From contig JAXDBW010000011.1 in NCBI GenBank assembly GCA_034678405.1, positions 1-63,847 of the forward strand: DNA of 63,847 nt, in the 5' to 3' direction. Both the position numbers and the translations under genes were made by a program. The DNA comes from Patescibacteria group bacterium (GTDB lineage: Bacteria > Patescibacteriota > Patescibacteriia > UBA10025 > JAHIVO01). Of the stretch, positions 19,734 through 30,430 are shown in pieces; positions within the stretch are counted from its first letter, which is position 1, and each line of letters begins with the position of its first letter. The notes beneath the pieces were generated by a model. That model did no database searches and was not told the DNA's origin. It saw only the letters and a program-made list of their open reading frames with translations.

Positions 19734-21047
19734 ATGTCGATGACTGGCCTCACGCTGCTGAAGGATTTGCAGCAAGTCATATTGACCTGTCACCCTCTCG
19801 AGTACGAGCGGGTGATCTCCGAAAACGAGCTGCTCCGACAGCTCACCAAGGATACGCAGCTCGACCCACACACAGTGTTTGTCGAGCCCGAACCAAATGT
19901 ATTCTGGCAGTATCTCGTTGGGGAAGAATCATGGCTGCTTGAACTGACACCGATGAATGCTGAGCCACGTGAGATTGACGCACGGACCCTACTCCGAGAG
20001 TGCCCGGATGACCGCATCCCATATTTTCGCTCGGGGATTATCCCCGAGTCATATAGGTGGCTGATTCCGTTTTTCGTATGGACGTACTACGCACCCGGCT
20101 ATGCCAATCTCACGATTAATTTCCTCCAGGAGCAGATTATTCGGATCGCCACCAGTCAACCATCACAGGCGATGTCTCTCACCCAGGTGAGAAAAAAGGC
20201 TCAATCAGGCAAACGTCCAGAGTTGCTGAGCCAATATCTCAAGGAAATTGGCGAGACGCCGCTACTCTCTCGCGATGAGGAATATAAACTAGCGAAACGT
20301 GTCCAGGCCGGCGATCAGCGGGCGACAGAGCGCATGATAAAGGCGAACACACGATTTGTCGTGTCGGTGGCACGACAATATCAGAACCAAGGCATGCTGC
20401 TTGAGGATTTGATCAATGAAGGAAACGTTGGTCTCATCAAAGCGGTCAAACGTTTTGATCCCGATCGAGGATTCAAGTTTATCAGCTATGGGGTATGGTG
20501 GATTCGCCAGGCGATACTGCAGGCACTAGCAGAGCAGTCTCGGGCAGTCCGCCTCCCGCTCAATCGAGTAGGGGCGCTGCATAAGATTGGCAAGATCTCG
20601 ACGCAGCTCCTGCAGTCGCTCGGCCGAGATCCGAGCCCACACGAGATTGCTGAGGCACTGGCCATGACCGAGGAGGAAGTCAGTCTCACCATGGGTGCGG
20701 GACGTGACGCCATGTCTCTGGACAAGTCTTTTACTGACGATGGCAACGAAAACACATTGCTCGATGTCCTCGAGGACGAATCACAAGAGAGCCCAGCGGC
20801 GGCTCAAGACCGTGCGTCACTGCGCGTAGAGATTGAGAAGGCGCTCGATTCATTGACGCCTCGCGAGGCTGAGGTATTAACGTTATATTTCGGCCTCAAT
20901 GGCGAACGAGCCTTAACCCTCGAAGAAATCGGCGCTCGCTTTTCGTTGACCCGCGAACGTGTTCGCCAAATCAAAGAAAAGGCGATCAGACGGATGCGCC
21001 ATGCAACGCGTTCACGGTCACTGCGTGCCTACATGAATTATGATTAG
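19734..21047 (+). CDS. RNA polymerase sigma-70 family factor (RpoD/SigA-like) with a unique ~170-aa N-terminal extension
   Basis: GGAAGGAGG RBS. Region 1.2 (YLKEIGETPLLSRDEE), region 2 (FISYGVWWIRQAI) and regions 3 and 4 (LTLEEIGARFSLTRERVRQIKEKA) are present. Confidence 0.9.
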   Translation: MSMTGLTLLKDLQQVILTCHPLEYERVISENELLRQLTKDTQLDPHTVFVEPEPNVFWQYLVGEESWLLELTPMNAEPREIDARTLLRECPDDRIPYFRSGIIPESYRWLIPFFVWTYYAPGYANLTINFLQEQIIRIATSQPSQAMSLTQVRKKAQSGKRPELLSQYLKEIGETPLLSRDEEYKLAKRVQAGDQRATERMIKANTRFVVSVARQYQNQGMLLEDLINEGNVGLIKAVKRFDPDRGFKFISYGVWWIRQAILQALAEQSRAVRLPLNRVGALHKIGKISTQLLQSLGRDPSPHEIAEALAMTEEEVSLTMGAGRDAMSLDKSFTDDGNENTLLDVLEDESQESPAAAQDRASLRVEIEKALDSLTPREAEVLTLYFGLNGERALTLEEIGARFSLTRERVRQIKEKAIRRMRHATRSRSLRAYMNYD

Positions 21048-21068
21048 TTGCACATTTATACCTATACC

Positions 21069-21101
21069 ACACCGCAGAATTGGAGCCCTGCGGTGTTTTT
21101 A
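21069..21101 (+). terminator. Intrinsic terminator after the sigma gene
   Basis: ACACCGCAG...CTGCGGTGT hairpin followed by T5. Confidence 0.75.
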
Positions 21102-21300
21102 TGCATAAAAATCCCTCTCACAGAGTCTTCGAGCTTGTTCGGGCGCGCGAACTCCTTTTCATATAGGCTGGCACTCCTACTAGAGTAAGGATAGATGAAG
21201 AATATGTGAGAGGGAAGGTGCCCAATTGTCGAAGGCAGGAGGCTCGGCAAGCAAGATAGAGCCGAGGGGCAAGGAATGGAACTACTTCTAGTCTAACATA

Positions 21301-23310
21301 TTATTTTTTCCGTGCAATCCGTTTGCGGGACCTCGGTTTGGGAAACGGTTTACGCTGCTGTAGCTCAGTGATCACATCGCGCAAACGGGCGGCCTCTTCG
21401 AATTCTAGATTTTGTGCCGCCAGGTTCATCTTATTCTCCAGGTCATGCAGTAGGTGCGGCACCTCTTCAGCTGGCACATCCCGCAGCTCATCATGCTCGA
21501 TTTCCTCTTCCTTTTTCCCAGCGCCTGCGAGCCGCGTCTCTTTGATTGCCTTGGTGATTGACGTCGGAGTGATATGATGTTTCGTGTTGTACGCTTCTTG
21601 GATGGTGCGGCGGCGGATTGTTTCATCAATAGCTGCTTGCATGGATTTGGTTGTCTTATCCGCATACATGATGATATGCCCCTCGACATGACGGGCAGCG
21701 CGACCCATCGTTTGTATCAGCGCGGTTTCCGAGCGGAGGTATCCCTCTTTATCCGCGTCTAAGATAGCGATGAGGGATACTTCGGGCAGATCGAGTCCTT
21801 CGCGGAGCAGATTAATACCGATCAGGACGTCATACTTACCGGTCCGCAGGTCACGCAGGATTTCAAGGCGCTCCATGGTATCTACCTCCGAGTGGAGGTA
21901 CTGCACCTTGATGTCGAGATCGGCAAGGTAATCAGTTAGGTCCTCGGCCATGCGCTTGGTCAGGGTGGTGACGAGCACACGCTGCTTTTTTTCGGTACGG
22001 GCTTGTATCTCTGCTAGCAAATCATCAATTTGATCTTTCGTTGGTCGTACCTCTACGGTCGGGTCCAGGAGGCCGGTCGGACGGATGAGTTGCTCGACGA
22101 CGTTCGTCGACATTTCCTTTTCATAATCGCTGGGAGTTGCCGAGACGTAGACGACTCGATTGATTTTCTTGGCAAACTCTTCGTACTTGAGCGGCCGGTT
22201 ATCCAGAGCCGCTGGCAGGCGGAAGCCATAGTTTACCAGCGTTTCTTTGCGGGAGCGGTCGCCATGATACATAGCTCGGATCTGCGGGAGAGTCATATGT
22301 GACTCATCGATGAAGAGGAGAAAATCATCCGGGAAGAAGTCAATCAGCGTCGACGGTGGCTGGCCAGCCGTCCGTTGATCGAAATACCGTGAGTAGTTTT
22401 CGATTCCATTGCAGTAGCCTACTTCTCGAATCATCTCGATGTCATAGCGTACGCGTTCCTCGAGCCGCTGCGCCTCGAGGAATTTTTGCTGCTTCTTGAA
22501 TCGGGCGACTTGCGCCTCCATGTCGTCCTGGATTTCTGAGAGGGCGACTTTCATCACATCATCCGGCGCGAGGTAGTGTCGGGCCGGGTATATATCGACG
22601 GTGTCGTGCGTACCGACTACCTGCTGGGTGAGTGAATCAATCTCTTCAATTCGCTCTATTTCATTACCAAAGAACCTCATCCGATAAAAATTATTTGCGG
22701 AAAATGATGGGAAGACTTCGAGTACCTCGCCCATGACACGGAAGCGATTACGCCAGAGATCCATCTGATTACGCTGGTACTGGATATTGACCAGCGCATG
22801 CAGGATCATGTCGCGTTCTGTTCGTTGTCCTTTCTTCAGATGGAGCACGTCTTTCTTGTACTCAGTCGGGGAACCGAGGCCATAGATACAGGAGACAGAG
22901 GCAACGATGATCACATCATCGCGAGAGAGCAGCGCGGCAGTCGAGGCGTGGCGCAGTCGATCGATCTCTTCATTCATCTGCGTCTCTTTCTCGATGTAGG
23001 TATCGCTGCGGGGGATATAGGCCTCCGGCTGGTAGTAGTCGTAGTACGAGACGAAATAGTGGACGGCATTGTCCGGGAAGAAGTCTTCGAATTCAGAGGC
23101 GAGTTGTGCGGCAAGAGTTTTATTATGCGAAATAATCAGCGTCGGTTTCTGCGCCTGCTGGATGACGTTGGCCATGGTAAATGTCTTCCCGGAGCCCGTG
23201 ACTCCAAGGAGGGTTTGGAATTTGTGCGTGGCTAACCCCGCCGACAGTTTTTTAATAGCCGCCGGCTGGTCCCCGGTTGGTTTGAATTGTGACGTGAGTT
23301 GAAACGACAT
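21301..23310 (-). CDS. uvrB: Excinuclease ABC subunit B
   Basis: 669 aa. Walker A motif [10 protein letters not shown], helicase motifs and a C-terminal UVR domain. Confidence 0.97.
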   Translation of the reverse strand: MSFQLTSQFKPTGDQPAAIKKLSAGLATHKFQTLLGVTGSGKTFTMANVIQQAQKPTLIISHNKTLAAQLASEFEDFFPDNAVHYFVSYYDYYQPEAYIPRSDTYIEKETQMNEEIDRLRHASTAALLSRDDVIIVASVSCIYGLGSPTEYKKDVLHLKKGQRTERDMILHALVNIQYQRNQMDLWRNRFRVMGEVLEVFPSFSANNFYRMRFFGNEIERIEEIDSLTQQVVGTHDTVDIYPARHYLAPDDVMKVALSEIQDDMEAQVARFKKQQKFLEAQRLEERVRYDIEMIREVGYCNGIENYSRYFDQRTAGQPPSTLIDFFPDDFLLFIDESHMTLPQIRAMYHGDRSRKETLVNYGFRLPAALDNRPLKYEEFAKKINRVVYVSATPSDYEKEMSTNVVEQLIRPTGLLDPTVEVRPTKDQIDDLLAEIQARTEKKQRVLVTTLTKRMAEDLTDYLADLDIKVQYLHSEVDTMERLEILRDLRTGKYDVLIGINLLREGLDLPEVSLIAILDADKEGYLRSETALIQTMGRAARHVEGHIIMYADKTTKSMQAAIDETIRRRTIQEAYNTKHHITPTSITKAIKETRLAGAGKKEEEIEHDELRDVPAEEVPHLLHDLENKMNLAAQNLEFEEAARLRDVITELQQRKPFPKPRSRKRIARKK

Positions 23311-23313
23311 GCC

Positions 23314-24792
23314 TTAACGTTTGGTGCTGGCCGTGAGTCTAGCCAATCGTCGGGACAGTATAGCAGAAAAAGCCTCTGGTGTACACCGCCAGCGCCAGTT
23401 ACCCCGTTTGGTGCCGGGTGTATTCATCCGGGCCTCGGATCCCAGATTCAGGACATCCTGCATCGGCGTGATAAAGAGCCACGCTGGGGATTGCATGCCC
23501 GCGCGCATTAGTTTCCAGGTGAAGTTCGTTGCATCAGCGTGGAGTCGCTCGCCAGCATACCAGCGTTCATCTTTGGTACCCGAACTGGTAAACCACCCAC
23601 GGCTGGTATCATTATCATGCGTGCCGGTGTAGGCGACATCATGAGTGGTGAAGTTTTGTGGACGATGGTAGTTATCGGGGAACCCGCTAAAGCCGAACTG
23701 CATCACGCGCATGCCGGGTAGCTTGAGCTCGGTGCGCAGCTGGGTCACATCAGGCGTAATACTCCCGAGATCCTCAGCAATTAATGTGCCCAGGAGCCCA
23801 TCTTTTTTCAGTGCGGCGAAGAGTGCCCGTCCCGGAACCGAGACCCATTCGCCGTGCCGCGCGGTGCGCGCACCAGCTGGTATGTGCCAGATGGCACAGA
23901 AGCCGCGGAAATGATCGAGGCGGATGAAATCATAGAGTTCACTTGCGCGGTTGATACGTTCTCGCCACCAACGAAAATGGTCTCGCTCCATGATCTCCCA
24001 ATTATAATGCGGATTGTTCCAGATTTGTCCCCGCCGACTGAAATAATCTGGCGGCACACCGGAAACAACGGTGGGTTGATGTTTTGTATTCAGGAGATAC
24101 TGTGACTGCTGAGCCCACACATCGACGCTGTCATGGGTGACGAAAAAAGGGATATCACCAAAAATCTTGACGCCATGTTTGTTAGCATAGTCTTTGAGAG
24201 TCAGCCACTGCTCCTGGGTAACCCACTGCTCATACCGGAAGAAATCCATGGTCGTCGCAAATCGTTTCCGTGCTTGCCGCAGCGCTCGCGCCGTGTGACG
24301 AGCGAGCGGGGCGGGCCATAACCACCACGGTTTATTACGATGCGCTTCTTTGATAGCCATGTAGAGGACGTATGACTCGAGCCAGGATTTTTCTTGTCTG
24401 ATAAATTGCTTGAATCGACGCTGGTGTGTGGCCGAGGCATGTGATTGGAAATACCGGTAGGATGTCTCGAGCAGGGCGCGCTTCTGGCGATAGGCATAGC
24501 CAAACTGGGCAGAGCGCACGCTGCGCTCGTTCGGCTTGTCTGCCGGATCCAGCAGCCCATGGCGGACGAGTTGATCCGGGCTGACCAAAAACCAATTCAG
24601 CGCCATGGCGGAGACTGACGCGTAGGGAGAATTAGTAAAGTCGGGGATGGTAAGCGGCAGAACTGCCCACACACGCTGCCTAGCGGCCGCGAGGAAGTCG
24701 ACGAATTCATATGCGCGCGGCCCAAAATCACCAATGCCATAGGGACTGGGGAGTGAGGTCGGATGCAAAAGGATGCCGCTCGAACGTTTCAT
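23314..24792 (-). CDS. malQ: 4-alpha-glucanotransferase (amylomaltase, GH77)
   Basis: Starts RSSGILLHPTSLPSPYGIGDFG and carries GH77 core motifs. Confidence 0.92.
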   Translation of the reverse strand: MKRSSGILLHPTSLPSPYGIGDFGPRAYEFVDFLAAARQRVWAVLPLTIPDFTNSPYASVSAMALNWFLVSPDQLVRHGLLDPADKPNERSVRSAQFGYAYRQKRALLETSYRYFQSHASATHQRRFKQFIRQEKSWLESYVLYMAIKEAHRNKPWWLWPAPLARHTARALRQARKRFATTMDFFRYEQWVTQEQWLTLKDYANKHGVKIFGDIPFFVTHDSVDVWAQQSQYLLNTKHQPTVVSGVPPDYFSRRGQIWNNPHYNWEIMERDHFRWWRERINRASELYDFIRLDHFRGFCAIWHIPAGARTARHGEWVSVPGRALFAALKKDGLLGTLIAEDLGSITPDVTQLRTELKLPGMRVMQFGFSGFPDNYHRPQNFTTHDVAYTGTHDNDTSRGWFTSSGTKDERWYAGERLHADATNFTWKLMRAGMQSPAWLFITPMQDVLNLGSEARMNTPGTKRGNWRWRCTPEAFSAILSRRLARLTASTKR

Positions 24793-24968
24793 ATAGTCTA
24801 TATAGTACCATGAATACAGCGATTATGGGCAGTTTCAACATAGTGAGCCGTTTCAAATTTCGCCAGGGTTGACACTTTCAGAAAAAAGACTATGCTGCAA
24901 AGTAAATATTCATTCGCCCATAGTGCGAGTTAGCCTCTTTTTATTCATTAAACCTAATATAAACGTAT

Positions 24969-26543
24969 ATGACGCCTGAAGAATTGGCGCATCTCATACT
25001 CCAGTTGGCGGTGCTGCTGCTGGTAGCCAAGTTATTTGGCCTGGTATTCAAAAAATTTAAACAATCCGAGGTTCTCGGCGAGCTGATTGGCGGTATGGCC
25101 GTCGGTCCGTTTGCACTGGGGGGGGTAGATTTGCCGGGCATTGGCCCGATCTTTGGTCACGTCGCCGAAGCAGCCGGCCATACGAGCGGACTCCCTATTT
25201 CCGGGGAGTTATATTTCTTCGGGCAGATTGGGGCGGTATTGCTACTCTTTTTGGTCGGCTTGGAAACCGATGCAAAGATGTTTATGAAATACGGTCTGAA
25301 GTCTCTCGGCATTGCGATCGGCGGCGTGGTATTGCCGTTTTTTCTCGGGGCCTGGGCGACCATGGCCATGGGCTTTGCTGACAGTTTCACGGATGGCCCG
25401 GCACTGTTTCTCGGTGCTATCATGGTGGCCACCTCAGTCGGTATCACCGCCCGCGTCCTGTCGGATATGTATAAGCTCGACACACGTGAAGGTGTGTCGA
25501 TTCTGGCAGCGGCGGTTATTGATGATGTGCTGGGTATTTTAGTCTTAGCGCTCGTACTTGCTCTGGCTGGTGGTGAGGGTGGCGCCGGGTTCTCCTGGGG
25601 GGCCCTCGGCACGATTGGCTTGAAAGCGCTTGGTTTTATCGGTGGCCTGACCCTACTCGGATTTTTCTTCAGCAAGAAACTGTCAACGCTATTACTCAAG
25701 CTCGAAGGCAAGACCTACGCGGCTATTGCTGCCGCCCTCGTGTTCTTGATTGCGGCCGTGGCAGAGATGTTTGGTCTCGCGACTATCATCGGTGCCTATC
25801 TGGCCGGTATCTTGCTCTCGGTGACGCCAGTCGGCAAACAACTTGAGGAAAAACTTGCTGGCGCGTCACATCTCATCGTCCCTGTCTTTTTTGCTATCAT
25901 GGGCACCCTGGTTGATTTCAAAGCTATGGCTGCCGCCCTCGTATTTGGGTTAGTAATTTCCGGATTAGCAATTATCGGGAAGGTCATCGGCAGTGGGGTG
26001 CCCGCCTTCTTTAGCGGATTTAATTTCCTCGGATCCATGCGGATCGGTATCGGGATGTTGCCGCGCGGTGAGGTGGCGCTGATTGTGGCGGGGATTGGTT
26101 TGTCGGCAGGGGTTATTAGTAATGAAATTTTTGGTGTGTCAATCATGATGACCCTGATTACGACGCTGATGGCGCCCATTATTCTCGTCCCATTATTTAA
26201 GAATCCCAAGTCTGGTCTGAAGCATGCTGAAGCGGAAGCCGGTCCCCAGATGATCGAGCCGTATCGGACACTATCGCAGTCGCCACACATGATTGCCGCA
26301 CTGCGTGATTTCTTGGTTGAAGCATTTCAGCATCAGGGATATGAGGTACTCCGTGACGATCGCGTCCGCGGTATCATCAATATCGAACACCCTGAGGATG
26401 AGAACAAACTCATCACACTGAATATCGACAAGGGAAACCTTACGATTGACTGTAGCGACCCCTGTACTAGCGATGTTGATAGCGTGGTCGCTGATGGTCT
26501 CAATCATTTCGAAGCAGCCGTGGCACACCTGAAAGCAGCCTAG
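24969..26543 (+). CDS. Cation:proton antiporter (CPA2-like) with a C-terminal soluble domain
   Basis: About 12 TM helices. Na+/H+ exchanger-type N-terminus (LLLVAKLFGLVFKKFKQSEVLGELIGG). Confidence 0.85.
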   Translation: MTPEELAHLILQLAVLLLVAKLFGLVFKKFKQSEVLGELIGGMAVGPFALGGVDLPGIGPIFGHVAEAAGHTSGLPISGELYFFGQIGAVLLLFLVGLETDAKMFMKYGLKSLGIAIGGVVLPFFLGAWATMAMGFADSFTDGPALFLGAIMVATSVGITARVLSDMYKLDTREGVSILAAAVIDDVLGILVLALVLALAGGEGGAGFSWGALGTIGLKALGFIGGLTLLGFFFSKKLSTLLLKLEGKTYAAIAAALVFLIAAVAEMFGLATIIGAYLAGILLSVTPVGKQLEEKLAGASHLIVPVFFAIMGTLVDFKAMAAALVFGLVISGLAIIGKVIGSGVPAFFSGFNFLGSMRIGIGMLPRGEVALIVAGIGLSAGVISNEIFGVSIMMTLITTLMAPIILVPLFKNPKSGLKHAEAEAGPQMIEPYRTLSQSPHMIAALRDFLVEAFQHQGYEVLRDDRVRGIINIEHPEDENKLITLNIDKGNLTIDCSDPCTSDVDSVVADGLNHFEAAVAHLKAA

Positions 26544-26560
26544 ATGCCTCAAACAGAAAA

Positions 26561-26590
26561 AGCCGTGGAGGCATCTGCCGCGGCTTTTTT
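26561..26590 (+). terminator. Intrinsic terminator
   Basis: AGCCGTGG...CCGCGGCT hairpin followed by T6. Confidence 0.7.
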
Positions 26591-26623
26591 GGTTGGCTCG
26601 AATTTGCTATAGTATAGCTACCT

Positions 26624-27199
26624 ATGATTGCATTATTGACTGGTGTCGTCCAAGAAAAAACCGAGAAAACGTTGACTGTGGTCGCCGGCCATGTCGGATA
26701 TGAGGTGTATTGCGTGCCGCCGGTATTGGAGCAAACAAAGCTCAATGCTGAACTTACTCTCTATACGTACCAATACGTACGGGAGGATTCCTTAGAATTG
26801 TACGGGTTTCGCCACCCGAGCGAGCGGAATTTTTTTAAACAGTTGATCAGCGTGACCGGCGTCGGTCCGAAATCCGCCCTGACCGTGATGTCACTGGCTA
26901 CCCTCGATGAACTGCAGTCCGCCATCGTTCAAGGAGATCCCTCACTATTAACGAAAGTGTCGGGTATTGGCACTAAGACCGCTGAACGCATCATCGTCGA
27001 GCTCAAAGGTAAGCTCGCTACCAGTCAGGATATAACGTTGCAGACCGGGATCGATGGTGACGCGATCGACGCACTACTCGGACTTGGATACTCAGCCGCG
27101 GAAGCCCGCGATGCACTTCGCCATGTTAAAAACGTTGCCGACACCACCCAGGCACGTGTCCAGGCAGCACTGAAACTACTTGGTAAAGAGAAGAAATAA
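26624..27199 (+). CDS. ruvA: Holliday junction branch migration protein RuvA
   Basis: MIALLTGVV... OB domain, HhH motifs (GVGPKSAL, GIGTKTAERI) and a C-terminal domain III. Confidence 0.9.
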   Translation: MIALLTGVVQEKTEKTLTVVAGHVGYEVYCVPPVLEQTKLNAELTLYTYQYVREDSLELYGFRHPSERNFFKQLISVTGVGPKSALTVMSLATLDELQSAIVQGDPSLLTKVSGIGTKTAERIIVELKGKLATSQDITLQTGIDGDAIDALLGLGYSAAEARDALRHVKNVADTTQARVQAALKLLGKEKK

Positions 27200-27202
27200 A
27201 CT

Positions 27203-28225
27203 ATGGATGTCCGCCGGGTGACAGATGAGCGGGAGTGGGATGGCATGGTGACTCAGCAATCACATGCGCAGTTTTTGCAATCCTGGGCGTGGGGCGATTT
27301 TCAGGAGGCGGTCGGACGGACAGTATATCGATATGTGGCTGATCAGGATGGCGCGTGGCAGGCCGCTGCGCAAGTCATGGTGCATACGATTCGGGGCCGA
27401 TGGTCATACTGGTATATTCCACGCGGTCCGGAATTTCACGATGGGATTGATGATGATACGATGATGCGGGCCGGTCGAGCGCTTATTGATCAGATTGAAT
27501 CAGATGCTGAGGCAGGCGGGGCGCTTTTCCTCACCATTGAGCCAGCTATCCTCCATGACAAAGGAAAACTGGTACGCATGATGCGCGTCGGACGTCGCTG
27601 TGAAACGGTATCATTTATCCAACCCCAGGATACTGAGCTCCTCGACCTGACTCAGACAGAAAAGGAATTGCTCCAGGCAATGCATCACAAAACACGCTAT
27701 AATATCCGGCTGGCTCAGCGCAAAGGAGTTCAGGTTCGTCAGACGCACGCGGCGGCTGACATTGAACATTTTATTCGCCTCACGTCGGATACCGCTGCGC
27801 GTGATGCGATTACTACTCACCATGCCGAGTATTACCGGACAATGATTTCCACCCTGGGTGATGGACCACTGTCGTTATTTGTGGCCGACTATCAGGGGTC
27901 AGTGATTGCCGCTAATATCGTGATGCAGGTCGGCGATACGATGACGTATCTGCATGGCGCTTCAAGTAATCAGCACCGTAATGTCATGGCGCCACACCTG
28001 CTACAGTGGGAGCATATTAAACATGCCAAAGCCCATGGCCTCCGCTGGTATGATTTCTGGGGGGTAGGATCAGAGCGAGCCGGCACGAAAAAACGGTGGG
28101 CTGGCATCACCCGGTTTAAGCGGGGTTTCGGTGGTACTCCCGTGAGCTATGTCGGCGCCTGCAACTTGATTCTCCGTCCGGGCTGGTATACACTGTACAA
28201 AATCATGCGTCGCATTAAAGCATAG
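27203..28225 (+). CDS. FemAB-family peptidoglycan interpeptide-bridge aminoacyltransferase
   Basis: Motifs HHKTRYNIRLAQRKGV and YLHGASSN...LQWEHIKHAKAHGLRWYDFWG. Confidence 0.85.
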   Translation: MDVRRVTDEREWDGMVTQQSHAQFLQSWAWGDFQEAVGRTVYRYVADQDGAWQAAAQVMVHTIRGRWSYWYIPRGPEFHDGIDDDTMMRAGRALIDQIESDAEAGGALFLTIEPAILHDKGKLVRMMRVGRRCETVSFIQPQDTELLDLTQTEKELLQAMHHKTRYNIRLAQRKGVQVRQTHAAADIEHFIRLTSDTAARDAITTHHAEYYRTMISTLGDGPLSLFVADYQGSVIAANIVMQVGDTMTYLHGASSNQHRNVMAPHLLQWEHIKHAKAHGLRWYDFWGVGSERAGTKKRWAGITRFKRGFGGTPVSYVGACNLILRPGWYTLYKIMRRIKA

Positions 28226-28229
28226 CCAC

Positions 28230-28439
28230 ATGGGGTCACCAGAACGAGCTAATCATCACTATACGGAGGCATTTCGTACTATTAATGAGCATAAGCACGG
28301 TGAATACCGTCAGATTGAGAAAACCTGTGATGAATGTGGCAAGCAGTTTGATCAAGACGCTACGACAATTGATCGTATTAAGGAATCTCACACGTGCGCG
28401 CATTGTCGCCAAGAGCATAACCAACAGCATATCTCATGA
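28230..28439 (+). CDS. Small zinc-ribbon-like protein
   Basis: 69 aa with CDEC...CAHC pairs. Sits between the two flanking genes: 4-nt gap upstream and 4-nt overlap downstream. Confidence 0.4.
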   Translation: MGSPERANHHYTEAFRTINEHKHGEYRQIEKTCDECGKQFDQDATTIDRIKESHTCAHCRQEHNQQHIS

Positions 28440-29152
28440 TCACGAACGTCGTCATTTCCGCGGCCGGACGCGGAACGCGCATGAAACACTTATCTGAACG
28501 TCGACCCAAACATCTGATCGAAGTGAATGGTAAGCCATTTTTGTTTTATGTACTCGAGAGTTTGCGCGAGGCTGGTTTGACCGATATGACCATCGTGAGT
28601 GGTTATTATGCTGAGATGATCGATGACTTCGTCAAAACATTGCCCTATCCAGTACAGGTGGTCAATCAGTTTGCCCAGCTCGGGGAAGATGAATATGGCA
28701 CCGCGTGTCCGATCAAGGTAGTGCGTGAGGTTATCGGAGATCGGCAATTCGTCTCCGTTGCTGGCGATAATTTCTATAGACCAGATGACATCCGTCGTGT
28801 CATGCACGACGATGACTATACGTATATCGGCGCGAAGACGACTGATACGCCCGAGACCAAAGGAGTGCTTGTCACGGATGACGCCGGTCATCTTGAACGC
28901 ATCGTCGAGAAGCCGAAGGAATATGTCGGCAATCTCGTTAATTGTAGTGTGTATAAATTTACTCCCGATATATTTGCCGCGGTGGAGCATGTCCAGAAAT
29001 CAGAGCGGGGTGAGTATGAAATTACGGACGCCATAACCGAGCTGGCACAACAAAAGAAAGTGAAGGTGGCAAAATTAGATGACTATTGGATTGACTTTGG
29101 CAATCCAGATGATATTGCAGCATTCGAGCAGTATCTCGCAAAACACGGATAG
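28436..29152 (+). CDS. Sugar-phosphate nucleotidyltransferase
   Basis: N-terminal ISAAGRGTRMKHLSERRPKHLIEV (GxGTRxxxxxxxxPK signature). Confidence 0.8.
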   Translation: MITNVVISAAGRGTRMKHLSERRPKHLIEVNGKPFLFYVLESLREAGLTDMTIVSGYYAEMIDDFVKTLPYPVQVVNQFAQLGEDEYGTACPIKVVREVIGDRQFVSVAGDNFYRPDDIRRVMHDDDYTYIGAKTTDTPETKGVLVTDDAGHLERIVEKPKEYVGNLVNCSVYKFTPDIFAAVEHVQKSERGEYEITDAITELAQQKKVKVAKLDDYWIDFGNPDDIAAFEQYLAKHG

Positions 29153-29185
29153 CCATACGCCCCTGTCGTTACTTTTCATGTTCAT

Positions 29186-29257
29186 GCGCCTATAGTTCAA
29201 TGGATAGAATGAAGGCTTCCGGTGCCTTTGATCGAGGTTCGACTCCTCGTAGGCGCA
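29186..29257 (+). tRNA. tRNA-Arg (anticodon CCG)
   Basis: Manual cloverleaf: acceptor GCGCCTA/TAGGCGC, anticodon stem AAGGC/GCCTT with loop TTCCGGT, T arm CGAGG-TTCGACT-CCTCG. CCA is not encoded. Confidence 0.9.
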
Positions 29258-29422
29258 AGAACATGAAAAGAAATGCTAGGACGTCCCGCCGTATGGCGAG
29301 ATAATAGAGGTTCTCCGCCCGGCAGGCCTGCGGCGTGAGCCGTGGCGGGCGGGGACTCCTCGTGGAGGCACCACCACAGCCGCTACACACGAGTAGTGGT
29401 TTTTGGTATACTCCACCGTGCT

Positions 29423-30421
29423 ATGAAAATCTTGCTTGCCAATCCGAGGGGTTTCTGTGCCGGTGTCGATCGCGCGATCGATGTCGTCGAATTAGCCCTA
29501 CAAATATATGACACGCAGCTCTATGTGAAACACGCCATCGTGCATAATGACCATGTGGTGCAGCGCCTCGAGGAGAAGGGGGTCACATTTGTCGAACATG
29601 TCGATGAAGTGCCGACGGGCGGACGTGTCGTCTTCAGTGCACACGGAAGTCCGCCGTCAGATTATGCAAAAGCCAAGGAATTAGGATTGGATGTGATTGA
29701 CGCCACGTGTCCGCTGGTGACGAAGGTGCACCTGGAGGCTCGCCGCTATGCGAAAGAAGGCTATACGATTATTCTCGTCGGGCATCGCGGGCATGTCGAA
29801 ATGCGCGGCACGATGGGAGAAGCGCTCGAGCAGACTCACCTCGTCGAGTCCGCCGCGGAGGTAGACGCGCTGCAGCTGCCGTCGGATACAAAAATCGCCG
29901 TCCTGACCCAGACCACCCTGGCTGTGGATGATACTCGTGAGACATTGGCAGAAATCAAGAAAGTATTCCCCCAAGCGGTCTTGCCACCCGCCTCTGATAT
30001 ATGTTATGCCACGACCAATCGTCAAGCTGCCGTCAAGAAACTAGCGGCGCAGTGTGAACTGATCATCGTGGTGGGGTCGAAGTCGAGTTCGAACACCAAT
30101 CGACTCGTGGATGTAGCACAGGCGCAGGGTGCCACGGCCCATCGAGTTAATTCAGTCCAAGAGATTGACCCTGCATGGCTGCAGGATGTGCAGACGGTCG
30201 GGGTGACCTCGGGTGCTTCGGCACCTGATGATCTGGTGCAGGAGGTTGTACGGTGGTTACAGCAGCACGGTGGCGACGAACCGACACTAGTGACAGCGGT
30301 CGATGAGCAGGTGTGGTTTGACTTGCCGTCAGACATCAAACAGGCGGCAGCTGATCATGGCGTCGACACAGATATTGTTACCAAACACAGGATTGGTACA
30401 AATCAACAAATGAAGGTATAA
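29423..30421 (+). CDS. ispH: 4-hydroxy-3-methylbut-2-enyl diphosphate reductase
   Basis: Start moved to ATG 29423 (MKILLANPRGFCAGVDRAI). Conserved Cys residues and the SSNTNRL motif. Confidence 0.93.
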   Translation: MKILLANPRGFCAGVDRAIDVVELALQIYDTQLYVKHAIVHNDHVVQRLEEKGVTFVEHVDEVPTGGRVVFSAHGSPPSDYAKAKELGLDVIDATCPLVTKVHLEARRYAKEGYTIILVGHRGHVEMRGTMGEALEQTHLVESAAEVDALQLPSDTKIAVLTQTTLAVDDTRETLAEIKKVFPQAVLPPASDICYATTNRQAAVKKLAAQCELIIVVGSKSSSNTNRLVDVAQAQGATAHRVNSVQEIDPAWLQDVQTVGVTSGASAPDDLVQEVVRWLQQHGGDEPTLVTAVDEQVWFDLPSDIKQAAADHGVDTDIVTKHRIGTNQQMKV

Positions 30422-30430
30422 TGGGTGCCT

